A program made the translations under genes and the position numbers. Below the pieces are notes generated by a model. That model saw nothing but the letters and a program-made list of their open reading frames with translations, made no database searches and had not been told where the DNA came from. Shown here piece by piece: positions 10,240-20,847 of a stretch of DNA of 64,000 bases; positions within the stretch are counted from its first letter, which is position 1, and each line of letters begins with the position of its first letter. This stretch comes from Sulfolobales archaeon HS-7. GTDB lineage: Archaea; Thermoproteota; Thermoprotei_A; Sulfolobales; Sulfolobaceae. Where the stretch lies: the NCBI GenBank assembly GCA_019704295.1, contig AP024596.1, positions 256,001 through 320,000 on the forward strand, written 5' to 3'.

Positions 10240-11413
10240 TGCAGTAGTTGTAGGGACGGGTCCTGCGGGTTCTGCCTCTGCTCTTGTAGCGGCTAAGAAG
10301 GGATTAAAGGTATTAGTTATTGAAAGAGGCCCCGAACCTGGTTCTAAGACTGTCTCTGGAGCTATGATAAGAATTGACGAAGTGGGAAAAGTCTTTGGGA
10401 CGGATATACCCATCGAAAGGCAGGTAAAACGATTCAAAGTAATCATAGCTAACGGAGGGGATAGGGTCAACTTAGATTTTCCCGTATCTGGACTCGGAAC
10501 TGTTGGCAGGAGGAAATTCGACGCTTGGATGTCATCAAAGGCTGAGGCAGCGGGAGCAGTGGTAATTACTAAAACTTCCGTGACAGGTATAAAGCGAACT
10601 GAAGGAGGGATCAAGGTCTTAACCGATAGAGGGGAGATCTCAACGGGAAGAGTGGTATTGGCAGAGGGAGCAAATCCGATCCTCAGTATGTCACTCAGGA
10701 TTAGGGACGACTTAACACCGGAGGATGCAGTTCAAACCGCAAAAGAGGTTTACTCAATGCCTCAGACTGAGGTAACAAAGAGAATGGGACTTTCCGCTGA
10801 TACAGATGGAGAAGTGTGGAGGGTAATTTACGTAAATAAGACGTTCGGTGCGGGATTCCTCTATACATACAAGGACGCAATAGCAATAGGAGCTGGAGCT
10901 CCTATGAAAAGCATGATAGAGAAGAAATATCAACCCAATGTTATGATAGAGGACTTTAAGGAAGATTTAGGTCTGAAACAACTCCTCTCAGGTACTTCCT
11001 TGAGGGAGTACTCCGCGAAAATAATACCCGAGAGCGGCTTCCCCTATTGTAAAGCAGGGATAGACAACGTGTACCTAGCTGGTGACGCTATAGGTCTCGT
11101 CAATCCACTTACGTTTGACGGAATAGGTCCTGCCATAGCCTCTGGAGTAATAGCAGGTAATGCGGTAGCGGAAGGATGGGATCCACGGAAATATGAGGAG
11201 GCATTGAAATACGATCCACTAATTAAATCGGTAATAAGCAGTAGGAAGCTAGTGAAACAACTTCTGAGTACAGGAGAAAAGTACGTAACATTGCTTCCAG
11301 AAATAATGAAGAGATGGGCGTCAGGGGACCTTTACGGAATTAGAGAACTCGTAAGTGAAAACGCATGGACAATTTTAAAGGACCTCACCCTTTTAATGCA
11401 GGTGAGAAAATGA
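10220..11413 (+). CDS. fixC: FixC-like FAD-dependent oxidoreductase (ETF-quinone oxidoreductase)
   Basis: GTGPAG Rossmann motif, GSKTVSGA, LAGDAIG; operon context. Confidence 0.88.
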   Translation: MRTVEFDAVVVGTGPAGSASALVAAKKGLKVLVIERGPEPGSKTVSGAMIRIDEVGKVFGTDIPIERQVKRFKVIIANGGDRVNLDFPVSGLGTVGRRKFDAWMSSKAEAAGAVVITKTSVTGIKRTEGGIKVLTDRGEISTGRVVLAEGANPILSMSLRIRDDLTPEDAVQTAKEVYSMPQTEVTKRMGLSADTDGEVWRVIYVNKTFGAGFLYTYKDAIAIGAGAPMKSMIEKKYQPNVMIEDFKEDLGLKQLLSGTSLREYSAKIIPESGFPYCKAGIDNVYLAGDAIGLVNPLTFDGIGPAIASGVIAGNAVAEGWDPRKYEEALKYDPLIKSVISSRKLVKQLLSTGEKYVTLLPEIMKRWASGDLYGIRELVSENAWTILKDLTLLMQVRK

Positions 11414-11697
11414 AATTAGAGGAAAAGCTGTATACCTTAAGGTATAAGAGAGACGAAGAACCTCATCTCATAATTAAGAACCAGGAAACGTGTAAGAGGT
11501 GTACTGAGAAATACGGAGTACCTGAACCTTGTCTCGCGGTCTGTCCCGCTAATGTATATAACTACACTGAGGGTAAAATGGTAGTTGCTTACGAGAATTG
11601 CGTGGAGTGCGGTGCGTGTAGAATTGCCTGCCCCTTCGATAACATAATCTGGAAATATCCTAGATATGGGCTAGGTATAGCTCTTAGGTATGGTTAG
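11410..11697 (+). CDS. fixX: FixX ferredoxin-like protein
   Basis: CLAVCPANVY, CVECGACRIACP, WKYPRYGLGI. The ATG at 11410 overlaps the fixC stop. Confidence 0.9.
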   Translation: MKLEEKLYTLRYKRDEEPHLIIKNQETCKRCTEKYGVPEPCLAVCPANVYNYTEGKMVVAYENCVECGACRIACPFDNIIWKYPRYGLGIALRYG

Positions 11698-12638
11698 TTA
11701 ACTAGTACCGCTCTTCCCGCAATTGTCCCAGCCACCATTTTTTGTATAGCCTCGTTAACATCCTCTAACTTGAACTTCTCATAGATAGGTCTGATTTTCC
11801 CATTATTTATCATTTTAACGCTTTCCAATACTTCATTCCTTGTGTATGCGGCAGAACCTTTTACGGTAATTTGTCTCATTATTAGAAGGGCGGGCCTTTT
11901 CACCTCGACGTTCTCTCCGGAGACGTTCCCTACAAGGACAAGAGTACCTCCCCGTTTTAACGTCCTCAAACTTTCATTGATAGTCGGTGCACCAACAATT
12001 TCGATCACCACGTCAACGTCATCCACCTCTTTATGAAACTCCCCTTCAGATATTACCTCATCCGAGAACGGTTTAACCTTACCCTCTTTCTCCTTTGAGG
12101 TAATCGATACTACATGAGCACCTAATAGTTTGAGGTATTGAATAGTATGAATTCCTACCCCTCCCCCGGCTCCGGTAACTAGAACCTTATCCCCAGGCCT
12201 CACTCCCGCTAATTTAGATGAGTGTATAGCCGTAGCTAAAGGACATACGGCCGCTGCGTATTTCTCGTAATTACTGTCGGGGAGCGGGTAAACGTTACCC
12301 CTCGGTATAATTACCTTCTCGGCATACCCTCCATATCTTCCCTCTCCGAGGTATACGGAATTTTCGCATAAGTTTTCCTCTCCGCTTTTGCAATACCTGC
12401 ACGAATTACACACTACCGTAGAGAAGATGCCAACTGCACGCCCCTCAAGTTCACCGTAAACCTCATGCCCTAAAACAAGAGGCGGCCTTAAGTTCCTAAA
12501 TCCCCCCTTCCATATCACTATATCCCTCCCGCACACACCACTGGATTTAACGTCAACTTCTACCTCCCCCTGGTCCTCCACCTCCTTTCGGACTAGGGGT
12601 TTATTGAACTCCTCTAGAACCATTGCATTGAACTTCAC
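11694..12638 (-). CDS. Zn-dependent medium-chain dehydrogenase/reductase
   Basis: GVCGRD, LGHE, CxxCxxC...C structural Zn site, GAGGGVG. Confidence 0.9.
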   Translation of the reverse strand: MKFNAMVLEEFNKPLVRKEVEDQGEVEVDVKSSGVCGRDIVIWKGGFRNLRPPLVLGHEVYGELEGRAVGIFSTVVCNSCRYCKSGEENLCENSVYLGEGRYGGYAEKVIIPRGNVYPLPDSNYEKYAAAVCPLATAIHSSKLAGVRPGDKVLVTGAGGGVGIHTIQYLKLLGAHVVSITSKEKEGKVKPFSDEVISEGEFHKEVDDVDVVIEIVGAPTINESLRTLKRGGTLVLVGNVSGENVEVKRPALLIMRQITVKGSAAYTRNEVLESVKMINNGKIRPIYEKFKLEDVNEAIQKMVAGTIAGRAVLVN

Positions 12639-14599
12639 TACTCTCCCCTAAAGTTAGGCTTTCTTCTTTCAAGGAATGCCGTAACTCCCTCTTGGATATC
12701 CTTGGTGCTAAAAAGTAAACCGAAGAATGTAGCCTCCTGCATCAACCCATTCCAGACGTTAGTTTGTTCCCCATAGTTAATGCTCAATTTCGCCGCCATA
12801 ATTGATAAAGGGGATTTCTCAGCTATTTTCATAGCTAGAGCTTTCGCCTCCTCTTCAGCTTTCCCTTTCTCCACAACTCTATCCACAATACCGTAAGAGA
12901 ACGCCTCCTTTCCCATTATTTCTCCCCCTGTAAATATCATTTCAATTCCCTTCCTCGATAGTCTAGGCAGTCTCTGAGTACCTCCTGCTCCCGGAATTAA
13001 ACCAAGGTTTACTTCAGGTTGCCCTAATTTAGCGTCTGCCTCGGATATCCTCATGTCGCACGCCAGGGCGAGTTCAAGCCCTCCCCCATAAGCGAAGCCG
13101 TGAATTACGGCAATTACGGGTTTAGTTAAAAACCTGATCTTGTTGTACAGTTCCTGAAGTCTTCTTGACGCGATTACTGCCTTTATTGGCGAGAGATTAA
13201 GGAACTCCATGATGTCAGCACCTGCGGAAAAACCCCTTCCCTCTCCCCTTACTACGATAACCCTTACATCTCCGTCTTCCTCCAACTGGTCCAATGTTGA
13301 ACTTAGTTCCCTTACCATTTCAGCGTTAATCGCGTTTAGCCTTTCTGGTCTGTTTAGGATAACCCAGGCTAATGGTTTTTCCTTAACTATCCTTACGGTC
13401 TTTAACTCGGTGATACCTGAGTAATCGTAAAAACCTCTACCCGCTTTCTTCCCTGTCTTTCCCTCTGAAACCATTTTCTCTAGAAAGGGATCGGGTTCAA
13501 ACTGAGGAAGATCGTACTTTTGCCTCAAGTTCCTCAGTTCCTTTACGAAGTTATCTATTCCGTACTCGTCTGCGTATTGAAGTATACCTTTCGGCCAATT
13601 CAAACCGAGTTTGCAACCTTTATCTATGTCCTCTTCGCTTACAATTCCCTCCCTTATCAGAAACGCCGCCTCATTAACAGCAGTGGTAAGAAGGATATAG
13701 GCATTCAGTTGCCTTCCGATATCTTGAGGAATTGAAGGCCGAACGAACTTACCCTTTTCGGGATATTTGTAGTAACCCTCACCAGATTTATATCCGTATT
13801 TCCCCTCCGTGTAAAGTTGTTTAAGACTCTCGCAAGTGTAGACGTTGAATCCCCTCTCCGTCATCGCTTTTCCTACTAAATAGCCCACATCGACCCCAGC
13901 GTAGTCGTGAAGGAGGAAAACCCCCATAGGAAATCCTAGCTGGTAAATTGCTGCGGAGTCTATTTCCTTAACGTCTATCCCGTCCCTCTCATGAAGTAAG
14001 CAGGCGACTTCAGACACCCTAAATAGGAGCCTATTCACCAGGAAACCGGGAATGTCTTTGTTCACAGGAACAATTTCTTTTCCAAAACTCTTAGCGAAAT
14101 CAATTGCTTTTTTGAAGTATTCGTCAGAAGTCCTCTCACCGCGAATCACCTCTACAAGGGGCATGAGCACAGGAGGGTTGAAGAAGTGCATTCCAACTAC
14201 TCTTTCCGGTTTTGCTAGATTCTTCGCTATTTCGGTTATTGGAAGAGAGCTAGTATTTGAGGCTAAAACGGCGTCACTTTCTACAAGGGTTTCGGCCTTA
14301 GAGAAAACTTTCCTCTTGGTTTCCAGATCTTCTATGACGGCCTCTATCATGAGTACGGCCCCTCTCAACGCCTCCTCTTGATTGGTAGTAGCGTGAATAC
14401 GTGAGATAATTGAGTCTGCACTCTCCTTTACTGAACCTTTCTCCACTAATTTCTCAACACTCCAACTGATTCTTTGAAGAGCGTTCTGTAGGATTGATTC
14501 TGCGACATCGTTTATCCATACTTCATATCCAGATAGGGCCGCGACCTCTGCTATGCCGTGGCCCATTGAACCGGCTCCCACTACTGCGACTTTTTTCAT
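12638..14599 (-). CDS. 3-hydroxyacyl-CoA dehydrogenase / enoyl-CoA hydratase fusion
   Basis: VVGAGSMGHG, ASNTSSL, GMHFFNP; C-terminal crotonase FSAGAD, GGGLE, PEVNLGLIPGAGG. Start trimmed to the ATG at 14599. Confidence 0.93.
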   Translation of the reverse strand: MKKVAVVGAGSMGHGIAEVAALSGYEVWINDVAESILQNALQRISWSVEKLVEKGSVKESADSIISRIHATTNQEEALRGAVLMIEAVIEDLETKRKVFSKAETLVESDAVLASNTSSLPITEIAKNLAKPERVVGMHFFNPPVLMPLVEVIRGERTSDEYFKKAIDFAKSFGKEIVPVNKDIPGFLVNRLLFRVSEVACLLHERDGIDVKEIDSAAIYQLGFPMGVFLLHDYAGVDVGYLVGKAMTERGFNVYTCESLKQLYTEGKYGYKSGEGYYKYPEKGKFVRPSIPQDIGRQLNAYILLTTAVNEAAFLIREGIVSEEDIDKGCKLGLNWPKGILQYADEYGIDNFVKELRNLRQKYDLPQFEPDPFLEKMVSEGKTGKKAGRGFYDYSGITELKTVRIVKEKPLAWVILNRPERLNAINAEMVRELSSTLDQLEEDGDVRVIVVRGEGRGFSAGADIMEFLNLSPIKAVIASRRLQELYNKIRFLTKPVIAVIHGFAYGGGLELALACDMRISEADAKLGQPEVNLGLIPGAGGTQRLPRLSRKGIEMIFTGGEIMGKEAFSYGIVDRVVEKGKAEEEAKALAMKIAEKSPLSIMAAKLSINYGEQTNVWNGLMQEATFFGLLFSTKDIQEGVTAFLERRKPNFRGE

Positions 14600-14730
14600 A
14601 CCTTCTTTGCATCGTTTACTGATAAAACATTTTCTGAGTACGCAGATAGCTAAATGAGAGACGAACATTTCGTAAGGATTTTCCGACAGTGTTCTCCTAA
14701 CGATTTCACAACTGATTATAGGCTCCCTAA

Positions 14731-14806
14731 AGGCCTTTCATGTTTCGCCTCTACATGACTATGGGAACAACGTGTCCAGAACGTTACCTACATCAACATC
14801 GCAATG
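14731..14806 (-). mobile_element. 176-bp CT-core element, copy C (partial, right ~75 bp)
   Basis: Minus strand GATGTTGATGTAGGTAACGTTCTGGACACGTTGTTCCCATAGTCATGTAGAGGCGAAACATGAAAGGC-CT. Confidence 0.75.
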
Positions 14807-15072
14807 GATCGTTATCTTCATCGCTGGTATTATGTTTTGTTCTAGGGGAAGTTGAGAGATAGCATCATCACGCCCTGTTCCTCATTCATTGAAGCATTAC
14901 CGCTTAATGGGAGAACCGTCTTTAGCTTACAGCTAACCCTCTCAGAAGTGATTAAAGTACATATAATGTAACACAGTGTTGCCCATCGGCTACAAGTAGG
15001 GTAATTTTGGATTCTTTTACAAATCGTAATTTAGAGAAAGAACAGTAATATACAATAAATTGTTGAGCGTAG

Positions 15073-15235
15073 GGGCGGCTCACATATTCATTGCGAATTC
15101 AGTGTATTTAGAAAAATAAAATGAATTTAATTGGATGCGATCGTATAGACTAGGTGGAGTTTCACACTTAGCAATTTCCTTTATTTAATCCCTATTTACA
15201 ATAATTACAATTCGCAATGGAAACCTGAATCGCCC
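15073..15235 (+). mobile_element. 163-bp MITE with IS256-type TIRs
   Basis: TIRs GGGCGGCTCACATATTCATTGCGAATT / AATTCGCAATGGAAACCTGAATCGCCC; similar to 49742-49904. Confidence 0.85.
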
Positions 15236-15239
15236 GAGA

Positions 15240-15638
15240 ACGGTGAGAGTAAGGCTTTGAGAAAACATATCCTTCATTCCAACTTCTCTAAGTTCATGAG
15301 CTACCTAATAAGGCTGAAAGAGCTGGTAAGAGGGTAGTGAAGGTAGACCCTAGGAATACTTCAAAGACATGTGCTAGGTGCGGATATGTAAAGAAAGACC
15401 TAATCCTTTCTGACCGTGTGTTTATTTGTCCAAACTGCGGTTGGGTCGCAGACCGCGATTATAACGCTTCTCTAAATATCCTTCACGCGGGGTCGGGACT
15501 GCCCTTAGAGCCTGTGGACAGGAGACCTCTGCTGTACATCCCCTTCTCTAAGGGTGTGTATAGTAAGTTTCCGGGAAGAAGCAGGAAATCCTCACCGCGA
15601 GGTGGGAATGCCCTGTCCGTGAGGCCGGAGTAGTTTAC
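15240..15638 (+). pseudogene. tnpB: tnpB 3' fragment with IS200/IS605 right end (omega-RNA region)
   Basis: [14 protein letters not shown]...[19 protein letters not shown]; end GGGAATGCCCTGTCCGTGAGGCCGGAGTAGTTTAC; 5' side cut off at the MITE. Confidence 0.9.
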
Positions 15639-16306
15639 TGGGACACATTCAGTTTTTTCAAAAAATCCTCAGACCTTACTAGTTCTAACAGTTCTATAAT
15701 TCCCTCTCCGTCCTCCTTACTTAACACGTGATCTGCTCTTTCCTTCAGAGAAGGTACTGCGTTAGCAACTGCCACCCTTATATCAACGACATCAAATAGT
15801 TTATGGTCGTTCTCCCCATCTCCTACTCCTATTGTTATCCCATCAAAGTTCAACAGTTTAATAGCCTTTAACAACCCGGTTCCCTTATTTACTCCTACTG
15901 GCATGATCATTGCATCTCCTCGATTATACTCCACACTTGCTCCATCCGTTAAGATTAGCTCTTCTTTTATGCCGTTTACATACACTATCTGCTCTCCTAG
16001 CGAGAAATTCAAGCCTCTGTTCTTAAGCTCCTTAATTACCCTTTCCCTTTCAACCCTCCACTCCTCTGGAACGTTTATTACCTTTTGCCCATTAATGTGG
16101 ATAATTGCTCCATTCTCTATTACCCATCCGGTAGGTTCTAATTTCGACGCAAGTAATTTTGCGTACTTTTCCTCCCTTCCTGTAACAACTAAGAATGCAT
16201 TAGCTTTACAGAACTCGTTAATTTTCTCTGAAACCTCATCTCTCACGTAGAAGTCATCCTTTTCTGACGATATCGTCCTGTCCATGTCTGAGGCAACGAG
16301 TATCAT
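15635..16306 (-). CDS. HAD IIB (Cof-type) phosphatase, phosphoglycolate phosphatase-like
   Basis: DMDRT, VTGR, ENGA, NKGTG, GDGEND. Start trimmed to the ATG at 16306. Confidence 0.88.
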   Translation of the reverse strand: MILVASDMDRTISSEKDDFYVRDEVSEKINEFCKANAFLVVTGREEKYAKLLASKLEPTGWVIENGAIIHINGQKVINVPEEWRVERERVIKELKNRGLNFSLGEQIVYVNGIKEELILTDGASVEYNRGDAMIMPVGVNKGTGLLKAIKLLNFDGITIGVGDGENDHKLFDVVDIRVAVANAVPSLKERADHVLSKEDGEGIIELLELVRSEDFLKKLNVSQ

Positions 16307-16410
16307 TTTCTCTAAAGTATACCAGGATTGTTTAAAAGTGTTTTCCGGTCTTACTTCAAATTTACGGTTTTTGAAATTTCTATAAATTAATAATTCATTC
16401 GAGTATCCCT

Positions 16411-16749
16411 TTAACTCGAGAACTTGTAATCGCAATAAGGACAGAACTGAGCGTCGTACCTATTTATAGCTCCGCATCTCGGGCAGTACTTGACTTGTGG
16501 TACTTGTGAATAGGGGGTAATATATTGCTGAGGAGGGGGTTGATAGCTCACCTGGATTCCTCCCTCAGCGGGTTTAATAGCGTAATCTGCTATTTTATTT
16601 AAACCAAAAAGAAGTAGAATTATTCCACTAAATATTCCCGTAAAGGAAAGGGCTAAGTTGAGTGAAGGAAACGCCTGGGATACCACAACGAAGATCACTA
16701 TTACTATTACTCCCAGGATTGTAATACTTCTCGCAGTTCCCTCATCCAT
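16411..16749 (-). CDS. membrane protein with C-terminal zinc ribbon
   Basis: Two TM helices; YCPRCGAINRYDAQFCPYC. Confidence 0.8.
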   Translation of the reverse strand: MDEGTARSITILGVIVIVIFVVVSQAFPSLNLALSFTGIFSGIILLLFGLNKIADYAIKPAEGGIQVSYQPPPQQYITPYSQVPQVKYCPRCGAINRYDAQFCPYCDYKFSS

Positions 16750-16997
16750 AATAATAGATGACGGTCATAGATAAAAAATCTTAAACAACAAAAGTTTATT
16801 CTAAAGAGAGGCCAGACCTCCTGATGTTCGGTCATTGAAATAATTTTTTTAAATACGGAGTATTAACGTTATTTAATGGATAAAGTAAAAGGGAATAGAG
16901 AGTATTCGTCACATTACGGGAAGCGTCCAGGGAGTTTTGCGTCGAATCTAAAAGGTTGTACAAGGAGGTAGTCAGTGAAGTTAATGAGGTGAGGTAT

Positions 16998-17819
16998 GTG
17001 CAAGTAAGTACTTACATGATAAAGGACCCTCCGATTGTTAACGAGGATTCGAGGTTAATTGACGCACTAAAGGTACTTAACGAAAAAGGGGTTGGGCGGG
17101 TAATCGTGGGGGACTCAAAAGGGATCATTTCCACCCGTGATATTCTAAGCGTTTTATCATCTAGATGTAGACCCTGCGTTCAGGCATCTCTTGCTGAGTT
17201 ATCGGAAATACCCGTAAGTGAAATCATGACACCTTTGCCGGTAACTGTAGATGCGGAAGCAGATATTCAGGAAGCCTTAGCGTTGATGGTAAGCAGGAAC
17301 TTCGGTTCTCTTCCCGTGGTGAGAAACAATAAAACAGTAGGAATAGTTGTTGAGAGGAACTTCTTAATAGAATTCATGAATCTCAGTAAAGTTCTAAGGG
17401 TTAGTCAATTCATGACTAGAAAGGTAAGCACAGGAAACGAGGAAATGTCCTTATATGAGGCACTTCACGTAATGACTAGGAGAGGATTTAGAAGATTACC
17501 TATCGTTAAGGGGCAAAGGCTAATCGGTATAATTACCGCTTACGATCTCCTTAAGATAGTCACACGAGCATTAATCAAGTTGGACGATCAGATATTGAGG
17601 TTTCCTGTCGAAAAATACATGACGAAAGAGCTGAAATACGTAGAGCCTGAAGACTTCGTAAACGACGCTGCGACCATCATGCTAACGGAACATATAGGAT
17701 CGCTCCTCCATGTAGGTGAAAATCATGAAATATTGGGTATATTGACGGAACGCGATCTACTTTTAGCCCTTTATCATCAACTCATCGAATCAGGAGTTCA
17801 GCAAAAGACGTTACATTAA
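16998..17819 (+). CDS. CBS-domain protein (two Bateman modules)
   Basis: Repeated GIISTRD/GIVVER/GIITAYD/GILTERD motifs; GTG start after GAGGTGAGG. Confidence 0.88.
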   Translation: MQVSTYMIKDPPIVNEDSRLIDALKVLNEKGVGRVIVGDSKGIISTRDILSVLSSRCRPCVQASLAELSEIPVSEIMTPLPVTVDAEADIQEALALMVSRNFGSLPVVRNNKTVGIVVERNFLIEFMNLSKVLRVSQFMTRKVSTGNEEMSLYEALHVMTRRGFRRLPIVKGQRLIGIITAYDLLKIVTRALIKLDDQILRFPVEKYMTKELKYVEPEDFVNDAATIMLTEHIGSLLHVGENHEILGILTERDLLLALYHQLIESGVQQKTLH

Positions 17820-17884
17820 CGAGGTTCATTATAGGGTTTAGTTCATCTAACTTCGCATAGCCCAGAGCGTAATGAGTTCAGAAC

Positions 17885-19324
17885 TTATCCAGGCTCCGTA
17901 GCTGGGGATATTTGCCTTTCTTGCACTGATCTAACCTCTTTTCCCCTCAATGCCGATAAAACAGCTCCAACTACCAAAATAGCCATCGAAATGAAAAACG
18001 CAACGTGTATTCCGGCTAAGAATTTAGCCCCTACACCTCCTACTAAGTTACTCGTACCCAGGAAGACTTCAAACGCAACGTATCTAGGAACTGCTAGGGA
18101 TGCCACAGTTATAGTTACCACGTAACTCAAAAGTGTTCCAATGTTAGATAGAGTTCTCAGCACTCCTGAAATTCCGCCGTAGTAACCCCTTGACGCGTTT
18201 GCCATTACTGCACTGTTATTTGCGGGATAAAATAGAGATGAACCTACGCCCCCTATAAGGGTAGTGAGTATGACGTAATCGTATGGCGTATGTAAGCCGA
18301 GCCTAGTATACAGGAACGTTGCTACGATCATCATTACCATTCCCAATGTCGCCGGTATTCTCGCTCCTATTCTGTCGGAGAGTCTCCCAGTAAATGGAGC
18401 CACTACGCTGGCTAAGACATAGCCTGGGACTAATAGTAGTGAGGCGTTAAACGGCGAAAGTCCCCTTATCCCTTGGAGGTACATTATTAAAATAAATGCC
18501 GTGGCCAAATACCCTGTGCTTTGTAAAAACGAGGCTAGCAGAGAGCTCGACAATACCCTATTCTTAAAGGCGGCGAAGTCAATTAATGGGTTTTCAGTTC
18601 TCAGTTCAACAAGTGTAAACGGAACCAGAAGAAGGACACCAAGAGCAACGTAGATCGCATTTAAAAGCGTTAATCCTATCCCAGCTATTTCCGACGCTCC
18701 ATAAGCTATCAAGGTTAACGAGGCACCTAGTAATATTACCCCGGGTATATCGATCTTCTTCTTAACGTGCTGCGAATCCCTGAGTGTTCTCACTCCTAAC
18801 GCTATTGTAACTACTCCTATGGGCACGTTAATGTAAAATATATACCTCCAACCAATGAAAGTAGTTATTATCCCCCCGAGAAGTATCCCAAGTACGGCTC
18901 CTACGTTCCATCCAATCGAGGTGTACCCATAGGCCCTCCCCCTCCTGTTAGGAGGATAGTTATCGGCTATTATTGCCCCTCCGTTAGCCTGCATTAAAGA
19001 CGCTCCTATAGCCTGTATTCCCCTTGAGCCTATCAGGAATACATCAGTGGGAGCTGCACCGCACATAGCAGAGCCTATCGTGAAGATAAGGAATCCTATA
19101 TTATACATCCTCGATCTCCCGTAAGAGTCGCCGAGTCTACCGAGCTGAGTAGTCAGCACCGCAACGACTAAGATGTAAAGCAGGATAACCCATATGATGG
19201 TAAAGAGGTTAGAGTGAAGTGATTGAACTATTGTAGGTAACGCTAAAATCACTATTGTGGTATCAATTGCGCTCATCATTGTTCCTAACAGGACAACAAA
19301 GATAACTATGTTACCTCTATCCAT
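17885..19324 (-). CDS. MFS transporter, DHA2 (EmrB/QacA) family
   Basis: [31 protein letters not shown]; many TM segments. Confidence 0.92.
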   Translation of the reverse strand: MDRGNIVIFVVLLGTMMSAIDTTIVILALPTIVQSLHSNLFTIIWVILLYILVVAVLTTQLGRLGDSYGRSRMYNIGFLIFTIGSAMCGAAPTDVFLIGSRGIQAIGASLMQANGGAIIADNYPPNRRGRAYGYTSIGWNVGAVLGILLGGIITTFIGWRYIFYINVPIGVVTIALGVRTLRDSQHVKKKIDIPGVILLGASLTLIAYGASEIAGIGLTLLNAIYVALGVLLLVPFTLVELRTENPLIDFAAFKNRVLSSSLLASFLQSTGYLATAFILIMYLQGIRGLSPFNASLLLVPGYVLASVVAPFTGRLSDRIGARIPATLGMVMMIVATFLYTRLGLHTPYDYVILTTLIGGVGSSLFYPANNSAVMANASRGYYGGISGVLRTLSNIGTLLSYVVTITVASLAVPRYVAFEVFLGTSNLVGGVGAKFLAGIHVAFFISMAILVVGAVLSALRGKEVRSVQERQISPATEPG

Positions 19325-19756
19325 GTTGCCTAATCTTGTAGAAGCAGTTTAAAAAGGTTAGTCTTAATTCAATTTGCTTAGTTCCCCTTAGTCAAATAAC
19401 TTGCGATGCCTTGACCTAACGCCACCGACGCTTATGAAGGGCATCCACTCAAAGGACTCATCATTCACCGGGGACGATCAGGGACTACGCGTCTGAAAAC
19501 CAGTAGGTAGAGACTATCCCCCTCACCTGAAGGAAGGAGAACTTTAGTCCATTAGTCCATGAGAAGAAACGAGGGTAATGATTGCCTCTTACGCTCACTA
19601 GCTCTCAACGAGGTAAGGACATTGTTAGCGGAACTAAACCACATTTCATCACAGAACACTGTACACGGATTTTATCCCAATAAGCGAAAATTCCCGACCC
19701 CATACCGTAAATGAGGTAATTCCCACTACTAAGTAATTCCCTCCCTTCCCTCAAAG

Positions 19757-20182
19757 TTAACTTTGATCCGAGAAAAGGATCGAATAAGCCTTTGATATTC
19801 TTTGCGATATCTCTTGCGCAACTTCCGAATTAATTTCCCTTCTCGGCCTGAAGTCCTGCGGAGGATCTTCATAAGCGGGAATTACGTGAACGTGGAGATG
19901 GAATATTACCTGACCTGCGCTACTACCCACATTAGTTCCTATTCTCACCCCATCCGCTCTCATAGCTTCCTTAGTCGCAATAGCAATCTTCTTAGTAAAG
20001 ACGCTCAATTCCTTTAGGACTTCATCTGGAGCGTTTAAGTAGTCCTGGAAATGAGAGTCGGGCACGACCAGAGTGTGACCCGGGGATAAAGGAAATCTAT
20101 CCAAAAACGCAGTAAATCCGTTCTCTCTCCTTATTATAAACCCCTTTTCACGACCGTGGATTATTTCGCAAAAGACACACAT
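19757..20182 (-). CDS. HIT family nucleotide hydrolase
   Basis: MCVFCEII, GHTLVVP, GQVIFHLHVHVIP. Confidence 0.92.
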   Translation of the reverse strand: MCVFCEIIHGREKGFIIRRENGFTAFLDRFPLSPGHTLVVPDSHFQDYLNAPDEVLKELSVFTKKIAIATKEAMRADGVRIGTNVGSSAGQVIFHLHVHVIPAYEDPPQDFRPRREINSEVAQEISQRISKAYSILFSDQS

Positions 20183-20234
20183 AAAAAGATGTTTTGGCTC
20201 TACCTTTAAAGCATTACTTAACCTATAATTGTAC

Positions 20235-20756
20235 ATGGTCGTCTTAAATTTAGGAATAGCCGCGAGTAGTAACAGAGGGAATCGGGAATTAGCTAAGAAA
20301 TTCGTCTATTCCCTCCCCAAGGAGACTAGGTTATTTCTAGGAGGATATTGGGGTCTAATGAAGGACGTTGCGGATTTCTCAGACGAAAGGGGGTTTCAGA
20401 CTATCTTCATCCTACCTGAGGGTTCGGAAGACCACGTTCCTAGAAGGGATAATTTCATACTGGTAAATTCCGGCATGGAACCAAGAGCAAGGAGTGTTAC
20501 CCTGTGCAAATCCTCAGATATCCTTGTCGCACTAGGTGGGGATTCCGGAACGATTATAGAGATATTTATGGCATACGCCTTGAAGAAGCCAGTGATCGTT
20601 CTAAAAGGATACGGATATCACTCCGATAATTTAGAGAAGGCCTTTCCTACATATCTCGACTCTAGGGAAATTACCCCTGTTACGTATGTGAACTCACCTG
20701 AAGAAGCTGCAAAGGAAGTAATGAGATATTGGGAAAAAAGGACAAAAACCTATTAA
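20235..20756 (+). CDS. LOG/SLOG-family Rossmann-fold nucleotide-binding protein
   Basis: GGYWGLM, ARSVTL, ALGGDSGTIIE. Confidence 0.85.
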   Translation: MVVLNLGIAASSNRGNRELAKKFVYSLPKETRLFLGGYWGLMKDVADFSDERGFQTIFILPEGSEDHVPRRDNFILVNSGMEPRARSVTLCKSSDILVALGGDSGTIIEIFMAYALKKPVIVLKGYGYHSDNLEKAFPTYLDSREITPVTYVNSPEEAAKEVMRYWEKRTKTY

Positions 20757-20847
20757 ACAAAATTACACTTTCTAATTTAAACGCCATATATGCGATAGAA
20801 TCATTAGTAACAAAATATTTTTATATTTAAATTGATATTTGATAGAT

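Noticed and set aside
19380-19756. Non-coding stretch with IS605-end-like motifs; similar stretches at 400-800, 4390-4930 and 24180-24670
   Set aside because: Probably mobile-element debris, but too decayed to define boundaries or family.
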